DNA of 46,243 nt, from contig JBDRUX010000006.1 in the NCBI GenBank assembly GCA_039801565.1, positions 1-46,243 on the forward strand, in the 5' to 3' direction. The stretch is from a candidate division WOR-3 bacterium (GTDB taxonomy: Bacteria; Hydrothermota; Tepidihabitantia; Tepidihabitantales; JAOUPE01). Position numbers and translations under genes: made by a program. Below are positions 1-8,060 of this stretch, piece after piece (position 1 is the first letter of the stretch; the number at the start of each line of letters is the position of its first letter). The notes below the pieces were generated by a model, which was not told the origin of the DNA, made no database searches, and saw only the letters and a list, made by a program, of their open reading frames with translations.

Positions 1-372
1 TTCTAATGATTCGGGTTGAAGTTTGAGTGCTTTCTCGTAAGAATCTTTTGCTCTATCAAGTCTTTTTAATGAATAATAGACCTCACCTGATTTAAGATGG
101 GCTTCGGCATTTGTTTCATCAATGCTTACTGCCTTCTGATATTGGACCAATGCTTCTTCATAGAACTTATAATCTCGATAAGTATCGCCTAATTTAATAT
201 AGAGTTTCGGATTCAGCGGCTCTTGAGCAATCTTTTTCTCTTGAATATCAACACTGGCGGCAAGTTCTGGTGAGATTTTAGGCTTTAGCAATTCTGCTAA
301 GTTTGACCCGCACTTTGTACAAAACTTCTGCCCTTCCTTTACAAAACTATTACACTTCGGACAATTCGGCAT
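1..372 (-). CDS. Zinc-ribbon + TPR-repeat protein (3' end runs off the window)
   Basis: Not in ORF track; hand translation from ATG at 372 (RBS AAAGAGG): MPNCPKCNSFVKEGQKFCTKCGSNLAELL...EPLNPKLYIKLGDTYRDYKFYEEALVQYQKAVSIDETNAEAHLKSGEVYYSLKRLDRAKDSYEKALKLQPE; open to base 1; TPR-like helical pattern. Confidence 0.85.
   Translation of the reverse strand, partial: MPNCPKCNSFVKEGQKFCTKCGSNLAELLKPKISPELAASVDIQEKKIAQEPLNPKLYIKLGDTYRDYKFYEEALVQYQKAVSIDETNAEAHLKSGEVYYSLKRLDRAKDSYEKALKLQPESLE
307..372. repeat. Zinc-ribbon coding module, copy A1 (64/66 nt identical to 902-967)
   Basis: Manual alignment with 902-967; 53 nt perfect match ending exactly at the start codon. Confidence 0.95.
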
Positions 373-415
373 TTTAACCTCTTTTTTATTTCAGGAATCT
401 TGGTATTTGTCTTCC

Positions 416-967
416 TCAATTTTCCTCTGCCGAACTACTCAATTCACGGTAAAGTTTTCTGATTTCTTCATAGAGTTCTTTTATTTTTTCATATTTTTCT
501 TCGCTTGGATAGGTTCGAAATTCACTTATGGCAGTTCGTAAGTCGTTCATTTTCATATCAAGCTCAGACAATTTTGCTTTATTTTGCATCGGAACTTTCA
601 GTCGTATTAAGTTAATTCGTGCAGTATACCTTTCAATATTTCTTTCCATTAGGTCAGCAAACTTCTTAAAATCCTCTGCGCTCATTCGTGCTCGTCTCAT
701 TAGTGGTGTATAATTCCTGCTTGCTCTCGTTTTAGGTCCTATTGGTGTATAACCTTTCCGCATATTAGTAATTATTAAAAAGCTAATCGCAGAAATCGCC
801 AGAATAATTACAATTGACACAGAGATAATAACAACAACAATCGTGGTTTTATCTTTTCTTTTTTCCCAGGCGAAAACGTTGACATTCACCATCAAATTCG
901 TCCCGCATTTTGTGCAAAACTTCTGCCCTTCCTTTACAAAACTATTACACTTCGGACAATTCGGCAT
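416..967 (-). CDS. Zinc-ribbon + single TM + helical/coiled-coil protein
   Basis: N-terminal CPKC-x10-CTKC, hydrophobic helix, charged helical C-terminus; RBS AGGAG. Confidence 0.8.
   Translation of the reverse strand: MPNCPKCNSFVKEGQKFCTKCGTNLMVNVNVFAWEKRKDKTTIVVVIISVSIVIILAISAISFLIITNMRKGYTPIGPKTRASRNYTPLMRRARMSAEDFKKFADLMERNIERYTARINLIRLKVPMQNKAKLSELDMKMNDLRTAISEFRTYPSEEKYEKIKELYEEIRKLYRELSSSAEEN
902..967. repeat. Zinc-ribbon coding module, copy A2
   Basis: 64/66 nt identical to 307-372. Confidence 0.95.
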
Positions 968-979
968 AATTGCTCCTGG

Positions 980-1381
980 TCACACTTCAATCTGTTTGCC
1001 GCAATTCGGGCAAAACTTAGCTTGTGGCGGCAGTTTTCTACCACAGGTGCAAGTAATGTAAGAAGTTTTTTCTTCTTTAAATCTAGTTTTGACTGTCTGT
1101 TTAAAATCATTGCCGTGAATAGCAATTCCTATCAGAAGCGCTCCCACCATAGAAACAAAAATTAATCCAATCGGGATTATAATTAGTCGTAAAATATAAT
1201 CTTGACTGTCAATCATTGGGCGAATAAAAACCTTGGTTTCCATTATAAAGGATACCCCTAAATAGACCAAAAATCCGAGAATGGCACAGACTCTTGCCAC
1301 CTTACCCTTTAAGCCTATTGTCTTATAAATCTGAAACTTTCCAACAATCAAGACATAAATGAGCCAAATTAAAGCAATCAT
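980..1381 (-). CDS. Multi-TM membrane protein with C-terminal zinc ribbon
   Basis: 3 hydrophobic segments then CTCGRKLPPQAKFCPNCG; RBS AAGGAG. Confidence 0.8.
   Translation of the reverse strand: MIALIWLIYVLIVGKFQIYKTIGLKGKVARVCAILGFLVYLGVSFIMETKVFIRPMIDSQDYILRLIIIPIGLIFVSMVGALLIGIAIHGNDFKQTVKTRFKEEKTSYITCTCGRKLPPQAKFCPNCGKQIEV
995..1056. repeat. Zinc-ribbon coding module, copy B1 (53/62 nt identical to 2356-2417)
   Basis: Manual ungapped alignment. Confidence 0.9.
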
Positions 1382-1420
1382 GAGCCACTCCTTTCAATTT
1401 CCTTTTTTACTTATAGTTGT

Positions 1421-1849
1421 TCATTGTAATTCAATTCCGCTGGCAGTTATGATCGGACTCGCACCAAGCAACATACTTCCTAATGGGTAGTCTCTGTCTA
1501 CATCTACAACTCCAAAAACTCGCACAAATTTCATCTTTTGCAATCGACTAAGCAATACTTGAGGGTCTGGGTTCATCCCAATCCAAGATATCTTTTCCTT
1601 AAACAATGAAGTTTCGCCTTGGAATTCAACCTTAATATTCCCTGTTCCATCATTTAAGAAAACATCACCCGGAAATGCTTTATATGTCCGACCTTCCATC
1701 AAGACTTTCTTGCCTCGATATTCTTTAAACTTGTCGTATATTTCTTTAACCGAGATAACTTTCACATCCGCTGGAATTTTTTGGCCCCACTGGTTCTTCT
1801 CACAATTAATCAGCATCAAGGAAATCGTAAAAAGTAAAAAACGCGTCAT
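1421..1849 (-). CDS. Putative lipoprotein, OB-fold-like
   Basis: Likely start MTRFLLF at 1849 (AAAGG RBS); lipobox-like LINC; 'GKKVLMEG...LNDGTGNIKV...VRVFGVV' OB-fold-like pattern. Confidence 0.65.
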   Translation of the reverse strand: MTRFLLFTISLMLINCEKNQWGQKIPADVKVISVKEIYDKFKEYRGKKVLMEGRTYKAFPGDVFLNDGTGNIKVEFQGETSLFKEKISWIGMNPDPQVLLSRLQKMKFVRVFGVVDVDRDYPLGSMLLGASPIITASGIELQ

Positions 1850-1875
1850 ACCTTTTTTCTGCCTTTTGAGTATCT

Positions 1876-2316
1876 TTAGAAATACAACCATTCGCCGGTT
1901 CTCTTTCTGAATCTATTCCAGGCTGGGACAGCCAAAAGTCCAAATATCAAACCTATTACCCAGAAAATGATAATAAATGTCCTGAAGCCAGAGTTATACT
2001 TTAGATTGTAAAAGAACTCACGTCCCAATGCAATCATAAGAAAAAAAACACCACCACACATCATTATTGCTAAAGTATTAAAGGTGCGGAAGGTATTTTT
2101 GTCTTTTTCGATTTCTTGAAGGTATTTGCTACATTTAGGGCACCTTATTGCGTCTAAAGCCATTTCGCTCTGGCAGTAATAACACCTGTTCCCAGAAGAC
2201 GATATTTCTGATGACTCTGTTAATGAAACCCTTGAGCCACAATTCCCGCAAAACCTTATACCAACTTCAATTTGCGAACCACAGTTGGTGCAATACTTTG
2301 TTGTTGTTTCTTCCAT
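1876..2316 (-). CDS. Double zinc-ribbon + 2 TM membrane protein
   Basis: CTNC..CGNC and CYYC..CPKC, then two hydrophobic helices; RBS AGGAGGTG. Confidence 0.8.
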   Translation of the reverse strand: MEETTTKYCTNCGSQIEVGIRFCGNCGSRVSLTESSEISSSGNRCYYCQSEMALDAIRCPKCSKYLQEIEKDKNTFRTFNTLAIMMCGGVFFLMIALGREFFYNLKYNSGFRTFIIIFWVIGLIFGLLAVPAWNRFRKRTGEWLYF

Positions 2317-2349
2317 AACTTTTCACCTCCTAAGATACTTCATTATTCT

Positions 2350-2610
2350 TCAATTTTTGCCACAACTGGGGCAAAACTTAGCTTGTGGGGGCAGTTTTCT
2401 GCCGCAAGGGCAGGTAAAACCAAAAATTTTCGTTTGCCGTTTTTTCGCACGAAGTCTGTTTATCAATCTCTCTAATACTATAATAATCACAATAATAACG
2501 AAAATAGGTAAGAGACCAATAATCGGGCTACTTGGTGAACTTACCGGTCGTGCTGGAGTCTGACCTAAAAAAATCAACATAAATATTACCCATTTATTCA
2601 ATGACATCAC
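2350..2610 (-). CDS. Small membrane protein with C-terminal zinc ribbon
   Basis: TM helix then CPCGRKLPPQAKFCPSCG; RBS AGGAGG; exact start uncertain. Confidence 0.75.
   Translation of the reverse strand: MMSLNKWVIFMLIFLGQTPARPVSSPSSPIIGLLPIFVIIVIIIVLERLINRLRAKKRQTKIFGFTCPCGRKLPPQAKFCPSCGKN
2356..2417. repeat. Zinc-ribbon coding module, copy B2
   Basis: 53/62 nt identical to 995-1056. Confidence 0.9.
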
Positions 2611-2699
2611 CTCCTAAATAAATTTGTCCTATGTAAAACTTCGCCATCTTTTAAAAATTACCGAATTAGACTTTTTAACCTCAGGTTGTTCTACTTATC

Positions 2700-2978
2700 T
2701 TAGTTCAATGCAGTTCCGCAGTAAGGGCAAAATTTGTCGCCAAGTGATATTGGCTTGCCGCAATTAGCACAGGATATGGTTTGTCCTTCAATTTTTGATT
2801 CCGCAGTTGCTATTCCTTCGTGAGAGATTCTTACTCCACTAAGTCTTGAGCTTATCTCCTCGAGCAAAGATACTATTTTATTTATCTTGTAGTACCAGCA
2901 CATTAGTTCCCGGAGTATTAGGAATATAATGAAACTTATCACCAGTGCCAAAATAAAATACCCAATAAGTTCGTTCAT
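2700..2978 (-). CDS. Single-TM protein with C-terminal zinc ribbon
   Basis: N-terminal TM; CANCG-x9-CPYCG; RBS AGGAGG. Confidence 0.8.
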   Translation of the reverse strand: MNELIGYFILALVISFIIFLILRELMCWYYKINKIVSLLEEISSRLSGVRISHEGIATAESKIEGQTISCANCGKPISLGDKFCPYCGTALN

Positions 2979-3011
2979 TATGCCTCCTTTCTGGTTTGAT
3001 ATTAATTTTCA

Positions 3012-3194
3012 TTACTTCGCGCTAACAGCGATAATTATAGCAATAACTATTAGCAAAAGGAAACAGATACCTAATATCGTTAAAAGCTGCTTCAGATTTT
3101 TAGATGTAGTTTTATCTACGAAATGTCGAAAGAAGTATTTTCCTATAAAAAAAAGTAATACCAACGCTAAAATAATGATAAAAAACCCTGCCAT
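3012..3194 (-). CDS. Small 2-TM membrane protein
   Basis: Two hydrophobic helices; RBS GGGGAGG; same orientation as the array. Confidence 0.65.
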   Translation of the reverse strand: MAGFFIIILALVLLFFIGKYFFRHFVDKTTSKNLKQLLTILGICFLLLIVIAIIIAVSAK

Positions 3195-3236
3195 CTTAAA
3201 CCTCCCCGATGCTACTTTTTAAATTCACTATAAATT

Positions 3237-3593
3237 TTATTCATTTTCTAAACTTCGACCGCATTTAGGACAAAATTTGTACTCGGGCAGGAGTTTTCGT
3301 CCGCAATTACCGCAAAACCTTACTTTCACTTGTTCAGTACTCATAGCGACAATTTCTTTCCTCGATATCAGATCTTCCATTGCAAGAGAACCTGCACCTT
3401 GTTTTTCTAAGGTGGTTCTCTTAAATAAAGTTAAATCACCAATCTTTTTCCAAGTGCTTCCGGTCAAGGTATCCGACCAAATTTCGTCGTCGGCAGTCAA
3501 AATCCCGTCTTCAATCCACTTTTCTAAAGTTGGAAGGTCGATCGGATGTTCCACAATCTTACTTTCTTCAGTTTCAATTCTTACTTTAATCAT
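3237..3593 (-). CDS. GYF_2-like domain + C-terminal zinc ribbon
   Basis: 'PIDLPTLEKWIEDGILTADDEIW...W' resembles GYF_2/DUF4339; CGNCG-x9-CPKCG; start at 3593 after GAAGGTG. Confidence 0.7.
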   Translation of the reverse strand: MIKVRIETEESKIVEHPIDLPTLEKWIEDGILTADDEIWSDTLTGSTWKKIGDLTLFKRTTLEKQGAGSLAMEDLISRKEIVAMSTEQVKVRFCGNCGRKLLPEYKFCPKCGRSLENE

Positions 3594-3624
3594 TTCACCT
3601 TCCACGCTTTTCAATCAGATCCGC

Positions 3625-4233
3625 TCATCTTCTTCCCTTTGCCGGTTGCAAAGCTCCAACTCCCTCTAAAATGAACACAAGATATTTTTTAATATTATCG
3701 TGAATATCTGCAATCGGTTGATTTGTATTCTTTCCAAAACCGCATATTGCGTATCCGCCGTAGCGAACACTTCCTTTGATAGAATCGGTAAAAGTAAAAA
3801 CAATGATTGTCCCACTTGGACCTTTAGTTTTTATGTTATTGTAAGGACAATCACTTTCATTGCTATTTAGAATTTTAGCTTCATACGCAGATTTCAGTCC
3901 GTTAGGGCAATAGAAGATATCTTTACCGGGACGATAGGGTTTACCAGTAAAGGGGTTGTTTGGCCAATTTCCGGGCAGTGGATTACCATCTGCTCCAAAA
4001 GGTTCGCCACCGGGAAGATAACAAGTAATTGCATTCCAAAAGTCATTTGCATCGTCGCTGAAAGGATAACAACCATAGTGGTCTGTCTCATAGCAAACAA
4101 GAGCATTTCCAATGAGACCCATAGTTCTTATAACACCCAGTGTATTTTCTTTCTTCTGGCACCCAAGTAAATTAAAAAAAGCGAAGGACGCTACCAGTAA
4201 AAGATTCAATACGAAAAACTCTAATCTTTTCAC
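3625..4233 (-). CDS. Putative lipoprotein with GspG/pilin-like globular region
   Basis: Lipobox LLGC; 'NALVCYETDHYGCYP' and 'NPFTG' resemble pseudopilin globular domains; no prepilin G|F-x3-E motif; RBS AGGAGG. Confidence 0.55.
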   Translation of the reverse strand: MKRLEFFVLNLLLVASFAFFNLLGCQKKENTLGVIRTMGLIGNALVCYETDHYGCYPFSDDANDFWNAITCYLPGGEPFGADGNPLPGNWPNNPFTGKPYRPGKDIFYCPNGLKSAYEAKILNSNESDCPYNNIKTKGPSGTIIVFTFTDSIKGSVRYGGYAICGFGKNTNQPIADIHDNIKKYLVFILEGVGALQPAKGRR

Positions 4234-4336
4234 ACATTTTTACCTCCTTGTTTAAAGTAGTGAAGTTTACCAAGTTACCTACTGTTTTCTTTCAACTGTT
4301 TCTATTCTCACTTTAATCATTCCTTACTCCCACCTA

Positions 4337-5047
4337 CTACTTATACTCGCTTTTGGAAAAATCTGGAAGCACATCTTTAAAAAACCACTTTCCGACTTCT
4401 GGGTTATAAATCATCTCAATTTTCAGTAATGCCTTTTTGACTTCCTTTAACTTAAGAGATAAGTCGTAATCTGTATACCGCGCAAAATACTTGGGGTTAT
4501 TTCGAAATGGATGGTTATGCTCAAAAAATCCGGGCGTAAACATCGGTATCGGTTTAATTGGTGGAATATAAAGACCACCGCTCGGCTTTGCCGGTTCGTG
4601 CCAAACAATATCAACTTCTTGAACATGATAAGGTTCTTTTCCGTCAGGATAAGTCACCGAAACCTGAAGCAGCGCCTTCTTTTCGCCGTATTCCTCTTTT
4701 TCGATGACATCAATCACTTCGACTTTGGCATCAGCTGGAAAGAACACTTTCGGTGCGTATTGGCAAGATTTAACGCCAAAAGGCGGATATCCCCGGTAAG
4801 ACTCAATATTTGCGGTAGTTGCAGGTAAACTAAAATCATCAGCAAAAGATTTTAAGAAATTTTCTTTGTCCGACTTAAACATCTCTTTCATCCGATTTAC
4901 TATCTCATAGTCCAGTTCGGAGATTTTCTTCACATCACCTTTTTGAACAGCCGAAACATAACTTTTAAAAGCTTCCTTCGAGGTTTTAGCACAAGAAGAC
5001 GAAACCAAAAAGACAAGTAAAAGGCAAAACCTTGATATAGCGTTCAT
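4337..5047 (-). CDS. Putative lipoprotein, unknown function
   Basis: Signal peptide ending SSSC; RBS AAGGAG. Confidence 0.7.
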   Translation of the reverse strand: MNAISRFCLLLVFLVSSSCAKTSKEAFKSYVSAVQKGDVKKISELDYEIVNRMKEMFKSDKENFLKSFADDFSLPATTANIESYRGYPPFGVKSCQYAPKVFFPADAKVEVIDVIEKEEYGEKKALLQVSVTYPDGKEPYHVQEVDIVWHEPAKPSGGLYIPPIKPIPMFTPGFFEHNHPFRNNPKYFARYTDYDLSLKLKEVKKALLKIEMIYNPEVGKWFFKDVLPDFSKSEYK

Positions 5048-5207
5048 CTTGCTACTCCTTTGGTTATAATAACAAAAAAGGACTGTTTTTTAGCTAACAT
5101 TCTTACTACCAGGGATAAAATTAATAAATTTTTACTCATTGTCAAGCAGGATTTACGGTCACCATTTCGGATACTCTAAACCCCATCATATTAGCCGATG
5201 TTTTGGT

Positions 5208-5456
5208 TTAAAGTAATCCTCCGCCGATAAGCAAGCGAATTATCCCAAACAGTATCGCTATACCACAACAGACAACTCCGGCAATCGAACCGCCTTTGCT
5301 ACTCTCTTTCGTGGTGGCAAGGGCGATAATGCTGATAATTAACCCGATGCCAGAAAATGGTATGTTAAGCCAGTTCAATGCGCCGAGACAAGGGGTAAAA
5401 CCAACTAGCATTCCGATTATTGCCAATATCCCCCAAACAAGGCTAAGTATTTGCAT
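5208..5456 (-). CDS. Small membrane protein
   Basis: Three hydrophobic segments; RBS AAGGAG; overlaps the upstream gene. Confidence 0.7.
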   Translation of the reverse strand: MQILSLVWGILAIIGMLVGFTPCLGALNWLNIPFSGIGLIISIIALATTKESSKGGSIAGVVCCGIAILFGIIRLLIGGGLL

Positions 5457-5781
5457 AACGTCTTCTCCTTTCTTTTAATTTTTGAGTTAAAAATGCCAAA
5501 ATGGCAGCTTCATTTAGGACGAAAATGGAATAAAGATAAAGACTGAAATTATTTAATGCCGATGCCTCGGAAAATTTTCGATGTGAAATAAGAATAAAAC
5601 TTTTCGTCATTCCGCAGAGCAAACACTCTTTATTATATTTTGTTTTCCACTCGCATTTCGGCGATAAAGCTTCGATAGTAGTGTCCGAAAAGATAAACGG
5701 GGTAATAAGTATCAGCAAAATAATAAAACTGATTACAAGCCATACTATTGAAAATGCCAGTTTAATTTCTTTGATATTCAT
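5443..5781 (-). CDS. DUF2752-like membrane protein
   Basis: TM, then C...CLLCGMTKSF motif (CxxCGMTR-like), N-x-F, TM. Confidence 0.7.
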   Translation of the reverse strand: MNIKEIKLAFSIVWLVISFIILLILITPFIFSDTTIEALSPKCEWKTKYNKECLLCGMTKSFILISHRKFSEASALNNFSLYLYSIFVLNEAAILAFLTQKLKERRRRYANT

Positions 5782-6240
5782 TGTCCGACAAAATACTCAT
5801 ACTAATAAGCCTTAGAAGAACATTGGGACAGGTCTTGACCTTGAAACATTGGAATTCTTTCCGACAAACTTAAGTGCCTTTTGAAAAAATTTGCCGCATT
5901 GGTGCTACCTTGATATCGGTTGGTGCTTATCCTTCGGATTTCATGAGAATTTGTTGAATTCATCAGTGACACCATAACAAGTCAAGTTACCCTGTCGATA
6001 TTTTTTATAACAACCAAAACGTATCACGTTATCCTTTAATTCCGAATAATTGATAAACAAGACGGTCCAATTGTTTTTTAATCCCGACCTGACGTCGGGA
6101 CAGGTTTTACAATTTCATAAAGTTTATTCTTTGATTTCGAGTCGTGAAGGGTTTTGGAAAGTTGTTTGTTAGAAGTCATAAGTCAGGTCTTGCGATTATT
6201 CAACTCAAGCGTTAAAAACTTCATTTACTTTATTCATAAA

Positions 6241-6269
6241 TTCAATTTACTAAAAGTCGGTCGGAAGTC
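6241..6269. repeat. 29-bp direct repeat, copy 1 (TTCAATTTACTAAAAGTCGGTCGGAAGTC)
   Basis: 28/29 identical to 7030-7058. Confidence 0.9.
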
Positions 6270-6414
6270 GATAGTTTTACGAAGTAATTACAGCGATATA
6301 AAGTAAGATTAAAACGATTAAAAATAATTAGTATGGTCAAGCCTTCCCTCTCGAAAAGTAAAAGAAACCTGTTTGGTAATTTATAATGCTTAATCTCATT
6401 CACAGATACAATCG

Positions 6415-6813
6415 TTACCACGCTACATTTATTAGCTTAGTTTCCATTAATTCCTTGTCTTTAGTTATGACATCCGCATTATAAACTAATGAGGTTGCGC
6501 CGATAATTCTATCATGAATATCTAATTTCTTTGGCATTTTGAGCATCGCTTCAAATACTTTAAGGTCAAAGGGGACAATCGTGAACCCAGCACCTTCCAG
6601 AATGCGATTTAAAACCTCACTCAGTTCGGTAGGAGCTTTTCCCTTTTCACTAATGTAAAGGAGTTCGGCAAGAACAATCGTCGGGACGATAATTTCAACT
6701 TCCGACTTCTCAGCTTTTGAGAAAAGACGATGTGCAGTTCTAGATAACTTTTTATCCTTGGCTAAAAACCAAATGATTGGATGGGTGTCAGTAATGTATC
6801 GTTGTTCAACCAT
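6415..6813 (-). CDS. vapC: PIN-domain toxin, VapC family
   Basis: ITDTH...PTIVLAE...DIHDRII...ITKD PIN acidic residues. Confidence 0.9.
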   Translation of the reverse strand: MVEQRYITDTHPIIWFLAKDKKLSRTAHRLFSKAEKSEVEIIVPTIVLAELLYISEKGKAPTELSEVLNRILEGAGFTIVPFDLKVFEAMLKMPKKLDIHDRIIGATSLVYNADVITKDKELMETKLINVAW

Positions 6814-6815
6814 TT

Positions 6816-7016
6816 TTATTGATTGTAAGCGTCTCGAAATATTTTTCTTTTCGCCTCTTCGATTAATTCATTAGGCACACGCCAACCTGCCCAAAGTCCC
6901 TCGATTTTTATTTTATTTTTTTGGGGAATGAGTTTCTTTTTTAATTCCTCAAGTTCACTTTGAATAGCTTCGATTCTTTTAATTAGTGAACCGATATAAT
7001 GCTTCCGGATAGCCAT
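6816..7016 (-). CDS. Putative antitoxin
   Basis: 66-aa ORF directly upstream of vapC; ATG at 7016 with AGGAGG; coiled-coil then 'IEGLW..IEEAK' tail. Confidence 0.7.
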   Translation of the reverse strand: MAIRKHYIGSLIKRIEAIQSELEELKKKLIPQKNKIKIEGLWAGWRVPNELIEEAKRKIFRDAYNQ

Positions 7017-7029
7017 GCTAAGCCTCCTT

Positions 7030-7058
7030 TTCAATTTACTAAAACTCGGTCGGAAGTC
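7030..7058. repeat. 29-bp direct repeat, copy 2; overlaps the minus-strand promoter TTGACT-16-TAAATT of the TA pair
   Basis: 28/29 identical to 6241-6269; followed on the minus strand by AAGGAGG and ATG. Confidence 0.85.
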
Positions 7059-7447
7059 AAGGAAGTTGTTGATAATAGCCTCAATTTTGTCACCCTTGGA
7101 TCAATGATTACTTCATCATTCTCAAAATCCAATTTCATCCGCCACTTCTGTAAAGTTGCTGAACCAATAATTACTGGTTCAGTCAAGCCGGAAATAACCA
7201 TAAACTCATCGGATAAACGGAAACCATCTAAATAGAAATTAACTCTTATGGCAAATTCCGCTTCCAAAATTTCACCTTCCTTTGCTGTGGTAAAACTCAT
7301 TTTTTCCGGAATTGGGGTGATTACCTCGAGTTGCTCGGCTAATGCGGGTTGAATACAAGAGTAGGTCGCACCACTATCAAATAATGCCAAAACTTCCTTA
7401 CTCCCTTTTGAACCAACCAGTTTAATCTTCTTTTGGATTACTGCCAT
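7031..7447 (-). CDS. Retropepsin-like (clan AA) aspartyl protease
   Basis: ALFDSGA catalytic motif and IIG..L motif; RBS AAGGAG. Confidence 0.85.
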   Translation of the reverse strand: MAVIQKKIKLVGSKGSKEVLALFDSGATYSCIQPALAEQLEVITPIPEKMSFTTAKEGEILEAEFAIRVNFYLDGFRLSDEFMVISGLTEPVIIGSATLQKWRMKLDFENDEVIIDPRVTKLRLLSTTSLTSDRVLVN

Positions 7448-8024
7448 TTGTAACTCCTTTAATCATATTAATGAAAGCTTAAGTATTGTCAATAGCTAAA
7501 AAATCGTTTTCGTCAGGGACATGGTATCTGCCCTGTACCGATCTTTTGGGTTGGGCAGTTAACTGAATTGGTCAATAAAATTAAAATTGGTATAATGAAA
7601 AAACTCTTAAGAAAAGGATGGTACAAAATGAGTCCAATCGAACCATACGTCGAAAGAATTAATGACTTAAAAAAACCAACTTCTTAGACGATACCAGTTG
7701 CGACCCGCGGTTTAATGGTTGACATTTTAATTTGGAACGGATTGGAAATAAGGATAAGGCAACGACCATTTGTGACCTAACAATTATAGATCTTTATCTG
7801 GTGATACTTGATGAATTGCCACTTTATAATAATAGTCTTACTTCTGGATACGATGTCTGTGACGAATTCAATTTTTTAAAGTATCTTCCCCAATTTAAAA
7901 TCTTCTTTTTGGTTAAGGAATCCTGGACTATAACTAAAATCCGATGAAAGTCAAATACCCCGGCACTTAAATTTCAATTTAGTTGTCGGTGGCTTCTGAA
8001 ATTGGTCAATTGAATTGCTAAATA

Positions 8025-8052
8025 TTGACAACTACTTTTGCAACCCTAAAAT
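8025..8052 (+). promoter_or_regulatory. Sigma70-type promoter TTGACA-16-TAAAAT, 8 nt before ATG 8061
   Basis: Direct motif match. Confidence 0.65.
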
Positions 8053-8060
8053 TCAATCAT

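Noticed and set aside
2350..2610. Resemblance of the TM segment to the YajC N-terminus
   Set aside because: Limited to a hydrophobic helix plus basic residues; the YajC C-terminal domain is absent.
1..7447. Integron cassette array
   Set aside because: Genes are co-oriented, but most gaps are short and I found no repeated attC-like RYYYAAC...GTTRRRY palindromes and no integrase.
7629..7947. Possible decayed gene (ATG 7629 with promoter-like TATAAT and RBS, broken reading frame, includes the 7732-7947 ORF)
   Set aside because: No recognisable family motif; a product call cannot be supported.
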